Virus record (IMG/VR): IMGVR_UViG_3300028830_000319
Coordinates: 9,110 to 73,109 of that record
Strand: one strand, 5' to 3'
DNA from: a virus
DNA length: 64,000 nucleotides
The notes under the pieces were generated by a model. It saw only the letters and a list, made by a program, of their open reading frames with translations. It searched no databases and was not told where the DNA came from. How positions within the stretch are numbered: the first letter of the stretch is position 1; each line of letters begins with the position of its first letter. Both the position numbers and the translations under genes were made by a program. Positions 30,010 to 38,753 of this stretch are shown piece after piece.

Positions 30010-30240
30010 ATGATCCTCACGAAAGTTACTGCTGACACTGACCTGGCCGGCAAGACCGTCTTGCTTCATCAGTCGTACTTCAAACCAGGGTTTAATGCTG
30101 CGGATCATCCGTTTCTGTGCCGCGATGGGTTTGGATGTTTTGCTGCTTGCTCGGGCCAAAAGATCATCGGAGATTTCGTCAGCAACGGCGAGACGGCAGT
30201 GATCCTGCGTGAACACGTGGATTCGATCGTTGAAGGGTGA
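30010..30240 (+). CDS. Hypothetical protein
   Basis: 76 aa, RBS-like purine run. Confidence 0.55.
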   Translation: MILTKVTADTDLAGKTVLLHQSYFKPGFNAADHPFLCRDGFGCFAACSGQKIIGDFVSNGETAVILREHVDSIVEG

Positions 30241-30483
30241 GGCGGCGGTTTTGCAAAACATTTTGATCCGGTTCGGAGGGGGCCAACTGCTGTAGCTAGA
30301 GACGTGTCGCAGCAGCCTCTCCATAAAACGCGTAGCAGCTGCTTGGAAGTGCGTGAGTATTGAGTGGCCAGCGCACGGCATACCGGTCAAGCGGCTTACG
30401 CGGCAAGGGGTGGCAGCTTCGGTTGCGGATTACCCCAAACAACCCGGCCTCCGTGGTGACGACTGCGGAAGTGCCGGGGGCTC

Positions 30484-30557
30484 GCGGCGGTAGCTCAGTT
30501 GGATAGAGCAGCGTGGTTCTAACACGATGGTCGCAGGTTCGAGTCCTGCCCGCCGCA
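30484..30557 (+). tRNA. tRNA-Arg(UCU), no encoded CCA
   Basis: Acceptor GCGGCGG/CCGCCGC; D-arm GCTC-AGTTGGATA-GAGC; anticodon loop GT-TCT-AA; T-arm GCAGG-TTCGAGT-CCTGC. Confidence 0.93.
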
Positions 30558-30614
30558 TTGAATGGCGTTTTGGTGGATGGTTGTCGTTCTGGTATTTCAG
30601 CAGGGATTCATCAG

Positions 30615-30920
30615 ATGGCACAGCACACTCCAGGCCCGTGGCACTTTGATCTCGCTGATGGAAGCCACATTACGGCTGAAGGCGGAACGATCATCATTGC
30701 CGACGCATGGTCGATCGAGTTTGACGAAGAGTTCGACAATCCTGATTCGGTGCCTGCTGCCAATGCTCGCCTGATTGCCGCCGCGCCTGACCTGCTCGAT
30801 GCGTGCGAATTCTTCCTCAAATTCGCAGATATGAGAGCCAAGAAAGGCGATGAGCTTCCTTCGCAACTCACTGGTGCCGTTCGTGCAGCCATTGCCAAGG
30901 CGAAAGGGGGTGCCGCTTGA
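30615..30920 (+). CDS. Conserved phage protein (HTPGPW...ANARLIAAAPDLL family)
   Basis: Recognisable motif. Confidence 0.75.
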   Translation: MAQHTPGPWHFDLADGSHITAEGGTIIIADAWSIEFDEEFDNPDSVPAANARLIAAAPDLLDACEFFLKFADMRAKKGDELPSQLTGAVRAAIAKAKGGAA

Positions 30921-31117
30921 ACAGCCCAATTGCTTTGCCAGAGCTTCACCTCGTCCGCCTGGAGAATGCTCCACTGAACGTGGCATTAATCCGCGTCAGC
31001 GAACGTAAGGGCGTGACTATATGGAGCGACTCAGACCTTCGGCTTTACTTCCAGGACACGCGAGTGACGCCACACGCGTGGTACGCCATGTCGAGAAAGG
31101 GGAGGCCGGAATGCTAG
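30917..31117 (+). CDS. Hypothetical protein
   Basis: Start overlaps the previous stop. Confidence 0.45.
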   Translation: MNSPIALPELHLVRLENAPLNVALIRVSERKGVTIWSDSDLRLYFQDTRVTPHAWYAMSRKGRPEC

Positions 31118-31563
31118 CCAGCGCGATCAAACGTCATGTCGCGATGCGTCCAGCGAATTCCGAGCGCGGCGAACGCTGCGTCAATCTCACCGCGCGCCAA
31201 AAGGCCAATATGAGGGATGGACATAACCTGGTCCGCGGACCTTTGCGCGAGATCGCGATAGGTCAAAAGTCCCGCCCCTTCCAGGGTATTGATGGTCCGG
31301 AGATTGAGATTGCCCGCTTGGGCCAACGGCAAGTCGTAGCGGTCGTCCACGGAGAGTGCCAAAGGATCAAACGCGCTCTCTGGATCTTCTGTCTTGGCGC
31401 TTTCCAGCACTGCAGCCGCTTCGGAGAAGTTGCCATGTTCCAAGGCCAGTTGAAAGCGACGCGAGAAGAGGTCCGCCCATTGGCGGCGCGCCGGAGAAAC
31501 TTCCACGTGCCTGAGCGGTTGTGTTCCGAGACCGGATCCAAAGGCGGTGTTCTTTTTCCTCAT
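31114..31563 (-). CDS. Protein with RNA polymerase alpha-CTD-like domain
   Basis: LNLRTINTLEGAGLLTYRDLAQRSADQVMSIPHIGLLARGEI matches the alpha-CTD/HhH pattern. Confidence 0.7.
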   Translation of the reverse strand: MRKKNTAFGSGLGTQPLRHVEVSPARRQWADLFSRRFQLALEHGNFSEAAAVLESAKTEDPESAFDPLALSVDDRYDLPLAQAGNLNLRTINTLEGAGLLTYRDLAQRSADQVMSIPHIGLLARGEIDAAFAALGIRWTHRDMTFDRAG

Positions 31564-31608
31564 ACTTTCGTTTTAACCGCGATCCGACTTGTTGCAAGGA
31601 GCTAGCAG

Positions 31609-31947
31609 ATGGCAAGTGCGTTTGGCGAGTGGCGCGACGGAATTCCCGGTGACGCGATCGTGACCGATTTTGAATTCTCAGCGAACCGAGAACACGAACC
31701 AGAGACCGTTGCCTATTACGGCGGCTACCTCGTTGCCGAGAGCGTGTCGTCGAAGTTCAAGCCGCTCATCAAGGCAGCTCCGAAGTTACTGGCCGCATGC
31801 GAAAAGTGCCTTGATATCGGAATGAACATCTGCCCCAAAGATTTGGTGGATCAACTTGAAGCTTATTGGCCCGAACTTCGACAGCTCGTGGCGGAAGCCA
31901 AAGGACAGTTGAACGCAAATGGTCAAGGCGGAATGGAGCGACAATGA
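31609..31947 (+). CDS. Conserved phage protein (YYGGYLVAES...AAPKLL)
   Basis: Motif related to the 30615 family. Confidence 0.6.
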   Translation: MASAFGEWRDGIPGDAIVTDFEFSANREHEPETVAYYGGYLVAESVSSKFKPLIKAAPKLLAACEKCLDIGMNICPKDLVDQLEAYWPELRQLVAEAKGQLNANGQGGMERQ

Positions 31948-32222
31948 CCAAGCCTAATACCCTCGCACAATATGGCGTGACGATGGCGCCAAAAGAGTTC
32001 GGCGAATACGTTTTCAATCGCTTGAAGGTGTGGGACCCGACCATCAAGTCGAGCGATGACCTGCTGGTGAACCCTGAAGTCGCCATGCACTTTTGCCGTC
32101 ACATCAACAGCGTGTTCTGCGGGCCCGGTGTCACTCTCATGCCTGACAATGTGATCCTTCGCGCTTTGATCGCTTTCCGTAAGAGCGGCAAGGCCAAGGG
32201 ACGCTTAGGGAGATTGGAATGA
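31944..32222 (+). CDS. Hypothetical protein
   Basis: ATGA overlap on both sides. Confidence 0.55.
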   Translation: MTKPNTLAQYGVTMAPKEFGEYVFNRLKVWDPTIKSSDDLLVNPEVAMHFCRHINSVFCGPGVTLMPDNVILRALIAFRKSGKAKGRLGRLE

Positions 32223-33217
32223 GGCCGGAAGCGCAGAAAATCGGCGGATACTACGCCTGCCCGCCCGAGGCGATTTCCGCGGCGGCGAAGTGGCTCGTTC
32301 CACCCGCTGCCGGGGATGCCTTCTTACTCGATCCTTGCGCTGGGGAAGGAGACGCGATCAAACACCTTGGGGAATTGCTGGGACTCCGGCCGGATTCTCT
32401 CTTCGCGATCGAACTAGAAGATCTGCGCGGCGATCGTTTGCGTGAGACGTTGCCTGGCTCCAAGGTGCTGGCACCTGCCAGCTTTTTTGGAACCGACATT
32501 CGGCACGGATCGTTCTCCCTAATCTGGAACAATCCGCCTTTTGACGACTCCCTGGGCGGTGGCCGGCGTGTCGAGCTCGACTTCCTGGGACGCGGAATGG
32601 ACCTGCTGGTGAATGGCGGGCTGATGTTGCTAGTGTGCCCGGAGCGGGTGGCCAAGAGCGGCGCCGTCCAGCGCGTATTCATGACGTGGTGTAACCGCGT
32701 CCGCGTATGGCCATTTCCTGCTGAATGCCGCAAGTATGGCGAAGTGATCATCTTTGGCATAAAGCGTGACAAAGCTCGTCCAGAGTCGAAGCACGCTTGG
32801 GTTGGAGCGCCCCCGACCGAGCCCTATCAAATTCCAACGGCTCGCGGCCCTGGCAACCGCTTTACAAAAACCAAGCTGACCGATGCCGAGTTGATACGGC
32901 TCCTTGCTGCCAGCCCATTGCGTCGCCGGCTGGAGCCGCCGGCCGATCGTGAATTACCACGGCCACCGTTGGCGCTTGGCGCTGGGCATTTGGCTTTGTT
33001 GCTGGCCAGCGGGCATTTGGACGGATTGGTCAAGCCGGAAGATGACGTACCGCATGTTGTTCGTGGCACTGCGGTCAAGGTGGCCGAAGAGACCGACAAG
33101 CAGACGGAAGAGACCAAGGGGACCGTCACGACTGTGACCACGATGAGCGAACGAATCCTGCTCACCGTTCGAGTCGCTACTTCCGATGGGCGAATTGTCA
33201 CCCTGACTCAACAGTGA
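32219..33217 (+). CDS. SAM-dependent DNA adenine methyltransferase-like protein (DUF6094-like)
   Basis: LDPCAGEG motif I, IEL, NPPF motif IV. Confidence 0.8.
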   Translation: MRPEAQKIGGYYACPPEAISAAAKWLVPPAAGDAFLLDPCAGEGDAIKHLGELLGLRPDSLFAIELEDLRGDRLRETLPGSKVLAPASFFGTDIRHGSFSLIWNNPPFDDSLGGGRRVELDFLGRGMDLLVNGGLMLLVCPERVAKSGAVQRVFMTWCNRVRVWPFPAECRKYGEVIIFGIKRDKARPESKHAWVGAPPTEPYQIPTARGPGNRFTKTKLTDAELIRLLAASPLRRRLEPPADRELPRPPLALGAGHLALLLASGHLDGLVKPEDDVPHVVRGTAVKVAEETDKQTEETKGTVTTVTTMSERILLTVRVATSDGRIVTLTQQ

Positions 33218-33241
33218 TCCTTATTCAAACGGAGTGGAGCA

Positions 33242-33424
33242 ATGGAACGCGAGGAAGCCAGGCAGCTCTTGGTGGTTCATCGAAGTGAATTGCGAGACAA
33301 GGCGAGCGAAGCGAAGGCCGCCGGCGATATGGCAACGTGGCTCTCATGGCTCGCCATTTGCGACGCGATCGACGTAGCAACATCTGACTTGGAAGACTTG
33401 ATTGCTGCCGACAGCGAGGCGTAA
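33242..33424 (+). CDS. Hypothetical protein
   Basis: RBS GGAG, 60 aa. Confidence 0.5.
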   Translation: MEREEARQLLVVHRSELRDKASEAKAAGDMATWLSWLAICDAIDVATSDLEDLIAADSEA

Positions 33425-33426
33425 CG

Positions 33427-33666
33427 ATGGCCAAGCACAGCCTACCGCCGATGACGCCCGGGGACGGCCCGCTATTTGGCCGCCGCGTGAAGTCGTGGAC
33501 GGTTGGTTCGTCGCCGACGGCCCTGGCGCCGGCCTACGTGGCGCTGATGGCCGAGCTGCTGAACGGTGACACGCTGGTTTGCAAGATTGAGAGTCCGCAG
33601 AAAGTTGACGAACTTGTTCAATCCCTTCTTCGCCACAAGCGCGACGTGTGGCCGGAAGCACCATGA
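33427..33666 (+). CDS. Hypothetical protein
   Basis: Operonic, 79 aa. Confidence 0.5.
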   Translation: MAKHSLPPMTPGDGPLFGRRVKSWTVGSSPTALAPAYVALMAELLNGDTLVCKIESPQKVDELVQSLLRHKRDVWPEAP

Positions 33667-33827
33667 AATCTTGCACCCGCTGCCCCATCGAACATGTGCG
33701 TGAACGGACGATCCCTGATCGGCCAGGTTGGATGCGCGGCGAGTGCGGCGTTTGCGGAAGGTTCCTTGGCTACCGAGAAATACCTGGCGACCCAAAAAGG
33801 AAACCATCACCCAGGGGCAAAACATGA
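33663..33827 (+). CDS. Small Zn-ribbon protein (54 aa; not in the ORF track)
   Basis: MKSCTRC...CGVCGRFLGY; ATGA overlaps at both ends. Confidence 0.6.
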   Translation: MKSCTRCPIEHVRERTIPDRPGWMRGECGVCGRFLGYREIPGDPKRKPSPRGKT

Positions 33828-34093
33828 GACTCCCGCGATTTATAGTTGCAAAGTCCAGCGAGACCGCGATCGTCCTGCGCGATCTGGGCCCGTGGGATGT
33901 TTACCCAACGATCTCCAATGCTGCCGAGGCCGTGGTGGATCAACTCTGGTCCAAGCTGCATATCGCCGACATGCGGCTGTTTTACTTCGACAGCGAGGGC
34001 GACCTGGGAGAACTACTTCACGATGGAGCGCGGTTCACTGACTTTGGCTATGCCACGACAGCGGACCTAGAAGCGGAAGGGATCTCGCTATGA
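33824..34093 (+). CDS. Hypothetical protein
   Basis: ATGA-coupled. Confidence 0.55.
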   Translation: MRLPRFIVAKSSETAIVLRDLGPWDVYPTISNAAEAVVDQLWSKLHIADMRLFYFDSEGDLGELLHDGARFTDFGYATTADLEAEGISL

Positions 34094-34644
34094 GCCATAC
34101 GGCGATGGAGCAACTTGGACGCTGCAACATTTCCAGCGAGCGGCTTTCCTGGTCGATGGACGTGGATGCCTTGGCCGTGGACCAGACGATCCCTGATTAT
34201 TCGCACGTGATGATCCTGTCGGCAGTAGGGCCAGGTACCACGACCAAGGCTGTGACCGCGATCATCAAGGGCAAAGAGCCGCATTATCTGAACGTTGATT
34301 TGCCGGGATGCGGCCGCGAGTCCCACATGCTTTCAGGACCGTACAACGTCTATCGACACCGGCTTGGGTTTGATTCGTGGCACCTGTTGGCGATCGCCGC
34401 GGATGAGACCTTGGTTCCAAACTTCTCGCAAAGGTCGTTGTGGAACCAGTTTTCCGGACCGCGTTACAACACACCGATGCTACGCGAATGGACGGCGCCC
34501 GTTGCTCAATCGCTGTTGGCTAAGAAATTGCTTCGCAAGCTGGTCTGCTTTCGATGCGACGCGGCCGTCCTCTCCGCTTGGAACCACCATTTGGATGCGG
34601 CGGTGATTGAGGGCATCAAATCAGGAACTTTGAAATTCGAGTGA
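34090..34644 (+). CDS. Hypothetical protein
   Basis: 184 aa, coupled to the previous gene. Confidence 0.6.
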   Translation: MSHTAMEQLGRCNISSERLSWSMDVDALAVDQTIPDYSHVMILSAVGPGTTTKAVTAIIKGKEPHYLNVDLPGCGRESHMLSGPYNVYRHRLGFDSWHLLAIAADETLVPNFSQRSLWNQFSGPRYNTPMLREWTAPVAQSLLAKKLLRKLVCFRCDAAVLSAWNHHLDAAVIEGIKSGTLKFE

Positions 34645-34647
34645 CCT

Positions 34648-35076
34648 ATGGAATGCACTCCCGTCACGGATGACCAACTGAATCAACTGTTATGGACCTC
34701 GCGACAGGCAGAGGCCGCGGCAGGATGGCCGGCAGGTACGGTCGAATCCTTGGTGATGGAGCTGCGGAGTAGGAGAAAGGCGGCCGAGTCGGAATCGAAC
34801 GCGAAAGCAACGAAAGCGGAAAGAGATGCTGCCTTTGAGACTGCTTGGCCGGCGGCCGTGACCGTCGCTCAGCGTGGCGGTGAATTTACTTCGGAACATA
34901 TCTGGAGAGAGATCAAAGCCCGGGGAATCTCAATCGAGAAGACCAAGGCCGTCATGCTCCGGATCGTCAATAAGCTCGTGAGGGACGGATATGCACGGTC
35001 TGTGAATGGCAAGCGCACCAAGGGCGGACCTGAATCGAGACGTGGGACAGTGAATGTTTATCGAGGGATTTCGTAA
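34648..35076 (+). CDS. Hypothetical protein, possible winged helix at the C-terminus
   Basis: FTSEHIW...RIVNKLVRDGY. Confidence 0.55.
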   Translation: MECTPVTDDQLNQLLWTSRQAEAAAGWPAGTVESLVMELRSRRKAAESESNAKATKAERDAAFETAWPAAVTVAQRGGEFTSEHIWREIKARGISIEKTKAVMLRIVNKLVRDGYARSVNGKRTKGGPESRRGTVNVYRGIS

Positions 35077-35261
35077 TGGCACCGAAGATCAACCGTCAAG
35101 CCGGCTTGATGACCCATGTCGAACTAGCAAAGCATCTGGGCGTCTCGAAATGCCGTGTTCAGCAGCTCGAGCGCCGGGCTTTGGCGAAAGTGCGCAGCGC
35201 TATCGAACGCGAGGCGCGACTTTCCAAACAGACTCCGCTTGAGTGGCTGATGGGCGAATAG
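35076..35261 (+). CDS. Stand-alone sigma-70 region 4-like HTH
   Basis: MTHVELAKHLGVSKCRVQQLERRALAKVR. Confidence 0.8.
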   Translation: MAPKINRQAGLMTHVELAKHLGVSKCRVQQLERRALAKVRSAIEREARLSKQTPLEWLMGE

Positions 35262-35287
35262 CGCGAAGATGCACCTAGAACAATTGA

Positions 35288-37462
35288 ATGGAGTCCGACG
35301 TGAAAGCTGAAACGCTTGAAGAATATCTCGATCTGTATGGCAGCCTGCTTGGCAAGCAAGCCAGTGCCGCCATCGATCCGCTGCACGTGCCAGGCCGAGA
35401 CAAGCCGTTGGACCTGGACATTCTCCGGCCGGCGTACCCGGCGCAGGCTCACGTCATCACGGCCTGCGTCAAAGCGTGGCGCCGGCAGAAACCGCTGATC
35501 CTAGTTGGCGATTGTGGCGTCGGAAAAACGCTCTGCTCGCAAGCCATCGTTCACGCGCACAGCGTTGGACGGAGCTACCGCGCCTTGGCCTTCGTGCCAC
35601 CACACTTGGTCGCCAAATGGAAGCGCGAAATTCTGGAAACGATACCCGCCGCCAATGTCCAAGTGCTTGAAAGCTATGCAGCGGCCGTCCGCCTGACATT
35701 TCTCCGCCGGTACCCACCGAACGTTCCGACGTGGTTCATCGTCAGCCAGAGCGTGGCCAAACTGGGAACTGGCTGGCGCAGCGTGTGGCGCGAGCAAACC
35801 CATGCCAAGGGAATCCCATGCTGCATCCGCTGCTCGGAACCCATCATGGTCAAGGACCACGAGCAACAATGCTTTGTTCCGATCAAGGTGGAAGATTTGC
35901 AGAAGCGGCAATTGTATTGCGAGGCATGCGGCGATGCGCTGTGGACCTACACCGCTCAATACGATCGCTGGCCGCTCGCCAAAATCGCACACAAGAAGCT
36001 CAGGGGTTTCTTTGACTACTTAGTGATCGATGAGGCGCACCAGGAGAAGGGGAGCGATACGGCTCAGGCCAATGCCGCCGGTGCTTTGATCGCAGCAGCA
36101 CCCAAGGTCATTGCGATGACCGGAACGCTCATCGGCGGAATGGCGGAACATTTGCGTCCGTTGCTGTTTCGGCTTGCCCCGACGAGCCTGGTGGCAGATG
36201 GCTATGGATGGTCGGACAAAATGCCGTTCAACGAGAAGTATGGACGGATCGAGAAAAAGATCACGACCAAAGAGACCAAAGGCACCCGCAATAGCCACAG
36301 CCGCGGTTCGTCGACCCGCACCGCCAAGTATCTGCGGCCTGGCGTCGTTCCGACGCTCTTCGGCGACCATCTGATAGGCACCGCGGTATTCTTGGGCCTT
36401 GAGGAAATGAGCGATTGCCTGCCGCCGCTCAATGAGCAAGTCATTCCGGTCGAAATGGATGGGGAACTGTCCTCGCAATACCGGACGATTGAAGACGCTT
36501 TGACCATCGCACTGAAACCGATGGTTGCCAAAGGCGACAAGCGCCTGCTCGGGAAAATGGTGTGGGCACTCCTGGGATACCCTGATCGCCCTTACGGCTG
36601 GGGCGAGATCGGCTATTACGAAAGGGCCGACGATTCTGACGCCCAGATCTGGGTGCCGGTGGTCACACCCAAGGATTTGGCGACCGATGTCATTCGTCCC
36701 AAGGAACAGGCGCTGATCGATTGCGTCCTGCGCGAGCATTCGGAAGGCCGGCAGTGCTGGGTATTTTCGCCCATGTCGGACAAGCGCGATGTTCTCGGTC
36801 GACTGGCTCGCCTGTTATCAGAACGTGGCCTGCGCGTGGGGGTGCTTCGATCGAACGAAGTCCCCACCAAAGATCGCGAAGCGTGGGTCCTTCGCCACGG
36901 CCGCCAGAACGATGTGATCCTATCGCATCCGCAATTGGTCGAAACCGGCTTGGACCTGTTCGACAAGGGCGGCTCGCACAACTTCTGTTCGCTGATCTTT
37001 TACCAGACCGGATACAGCCTCTTTACACTCTGGCAAGCATCGCTGCGGCATTGGCGGCTAGCTCAGACCAAAGAGTGCCGCACGTTCTTTTTCTATTACG
37101 CCGAGACAATGCAGGCCCGAGCGATGGCGCTCATGGGTAAGAAGATGGCGGCCGCCAAAGCGTTGCAGGGCAAGTTCTCGGCCGAGGGCCTGGCAGCACT
37201 TGCCGATGACGGCGAGTCGATGGCCATGGCGCTGGCCAAGAGCCTGGTGAACAAGATTGACGATCTCGATGCCAAGCGGCAATGGGACAAGATCGTGCAT
37301 TCCGCACCAGCGCCGGTGGCAGCGCCTTCAGCGATTTGCGCCGAGCCCACCGCGCCGCCGATCGTGATAAAGCCGATGAAGCCGCGTCCGCCGGTACCAT
37401 CTCCGGCCCCTGCGGCGGTTCAATTATCCCTATTTGAGCAATTCATGGGAGCAAAACGATGA
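35288..37462 (+). CDS. SNF2-like/superfamily 2 helicase
   Basis: GDCGVGKT, IDEAH, MTGT, ETGLDL, RHWRLAQ. Confidence 0.85.
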   Translation: MESDVKAETLEEYLDLYGSLLGKQASAAIDPLHVPGRDKPLDLDILRPAYPAQAHVITACVKAWRRQKPLILVGDCGVGKTLCSQAIVHAHSVGRSYRALAFVPPHLVAKWKREILETIPAANVQVLESYAAAVRLTFLRRYPPNVPTWFIVSQSVAKLGTGWRSVWREQTHAKGIPCCIRCSEPIMVKDHEQQCFVPIKVEDLQKRQLYCEACGDALWTYTAQYDRWPLAKIAHKKLRGFFDYLVIDEAHQEKGSDTAQANAAGALIAAAPKVIAMTGTLIGGMAEHLRPLLFRLAPTSLVADGYGWSDKMPFNEKYGRIEKKITTKETKGTRNSHSRGSSTRTAKYLRPGVVPTLFGDHLIGTAVFLGLEEMSDCLPPLNEQVIPVEMDGELSSQYRTIEDALTIALKPMVAKGDKRLLGKMVWALLGYPDRPYGWGEIGYYERADDSDAQIWVPVVTPKDLATDVIRPKEQALIDCVLREHSEGRQCWVFSPMSDKRDVLGRLARLLSERGLRVGVLRSNEVPTKDREAWVLRHGRQNDVILSHPQLVETGLDLFDKGGSHNFCSLIFYQTGYSLFTLWQASLRHWRLAQTKECRTFFFYYAETMQARAMALMGKKMAAAKALQGKFSAEGLAALADDGESMAMALAKSLVNKIDDLDAKRQWDKIVHSAPAPVAAPSAICAEPTAPPIVIKPMKPRPPVPSPAPAAVQLSLFEQFMGAKR

Positions 37463-37794
37463 GTGGCGAAAGCAATGCGTTCGAGAATTGGTGTGTGATC
37501 GAAATCATGGGGCACCAGCGTTTGGCCGGCTTTGTCACGGAGCAGGCTCTTGGTGGTGCGAACATGCTTCGCGTCGACGTGCCCGAGAACAATGGGATTG
37601 CTGCGTTCACAACGTTCCTTGGCGCATCCTCGATCTACCGCATGACGGTTGTCACCGAAGAGATCGCGCGTGGCGTGGCGGCGTCGATCCAAGTGCGGCC
37701 GGTATCAGCTTATGAAATGCCGAAGACCCAGCCCGCACTGCCAAGACCATTACTCGACGCCGACGACATGGATGACGACGGGCCAGGCTTTTGA
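37459..37794 (+). CDS. Conserved phage protein
   Basis: WCVIEIMGHQRLAG...RVDVP. Confidence 0.65.
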   Translation: MSGESNAFENWCVIEIMGHQRLAGFVTEQALGGANMLRVDVPENNGIAAFTTFLGASSIYRMTVVTEEIARGVAASIQVRPVSAYEMPKTQPALPRPLLDADDMDDDGPGF

Positions 37795-37842
37795 GTTGGC
37801 CTAAGCATTCGGCACTGACTTCTAGCCCAAAGGAAACAATCG

Positions 37843-38160
37843 ATGGCATCTACAAACGACGGCGGTCCGGCGTTCCCAGCGAAATCTTCCATCGTCGCGC
37901 AGATCGATGGCGGCCTTATGAATTTGCAAGACTATGGCGCAGGGCCACATCCAGGCATGTCGCTTCGTCAGTATTACGCGGCGCAGGTCTTGCCGCAGTT
38001 AGTGATGCTGTGGGGCGACGAGGACTCCCAAGGCGTTGTGCTCGCTGATCTGGAAAAACAAATCAAGCTGGACCGTTTTCGTCTTCGTGTGTGCAAGGAG
38101 GCTTTGAAATGGGCGGACGCCATGATTGCGGCTGAATTGTCAGCAAAGGAATCGGAATGA
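37843..38160 (+). CDS. Conserved phage protein (GGPAFP...GMSLRxYxAA family)
   Basis: Recognisable motif. Confidence 0.7.
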   Translation: MASTNDGGPAFPAKSSIVAQIDGGLMNLQDYGAGPHPGMSLRQYYAAQVLPQLVMLWGDEDSQGVVLADLEKQIKLDRFRLRVCKEALKWADAMIAAELSAKESE

Positions 38161-38492
38161 CCAAGTACACAGAACCTCAACTCGACACGCTTATCGCTGC
38201 GCTCAGCCTTTATGCGGAATCCCTCGAAGAATATATCGCAACTCAAAAGGATGTCCCGGCATACCGTCGCGCGCCTGATGAATTGCTGGTCTTGTTCTCT
38301 GGTCGGATCGAATTCTGTAAATCGCAGATTCGCAAATTCGGCGACCAAAGCATTTCTTTGATTATCGATGCTGCGTTCGATACGCCGGCCAAGCCTACTC
38401 CGATCAACCCCGAGCTTGCAGGCGAGATTGGCGATAACGAGCTCGTGCAACCATCTGCAAAGAAATCTCGCCGCGCCAGGAAACCATCATGA
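38157..38492 (+). CDS. Hypothetical protein
   Basis: ATGA-coupled. Confidence 0.55.
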   Translation: MTKYTEPQLDTLIAALSLYAESLEEYIATQKDVPAYRRAPDELLVLFSGRIEFCKSQIRKFGDQSISLIIDAAFDTPAKPTPINPELAGEIGDNELVQPSAKKSRRARKPS

Positions 38493-38728
38493 CCGTGCCA
38501 TTTGACGATTTGATGACGTTCCGGACCTACGAGGTTCACTACGCTCCAGAGGGAGCGGCGGATCCGGCTGCATTTAAGGGGCAGTTCTTTGGCTTCGTGT
38601 CTCCGCACCCGGGAAGCAATGTCCGGTTCATGATCTTCAAGATCGATAACGGTAGGTACTGGAGAATTCCCACTACCTCCATCACGGCAATTTATACCGT
38701 CGATCGATTCGGCGTGACCCAAGAATAA
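38489..38728 (+). CDS. Hypothetical protein
   Basis: ATGA-coupled. Confidence 0.55.
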   Translation: MTVPFDDLMTFRTYEVHYAPEGAADPAAFKGQFFGFVSPHPGSNVRFMIFKIDNGRYWRIPTTSITAIYTVDRFGVTQE

Positions 38729-38753
38729 CCATCCCCTGAAGGAAACCGTTGAT

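Noticed and set aside
30484-30557. tRNA as prophage attachment site
   Set aside because: Phage genes lie on both sides, there is no integrase nearby and no duplicated 3' tRNA fragment was seen
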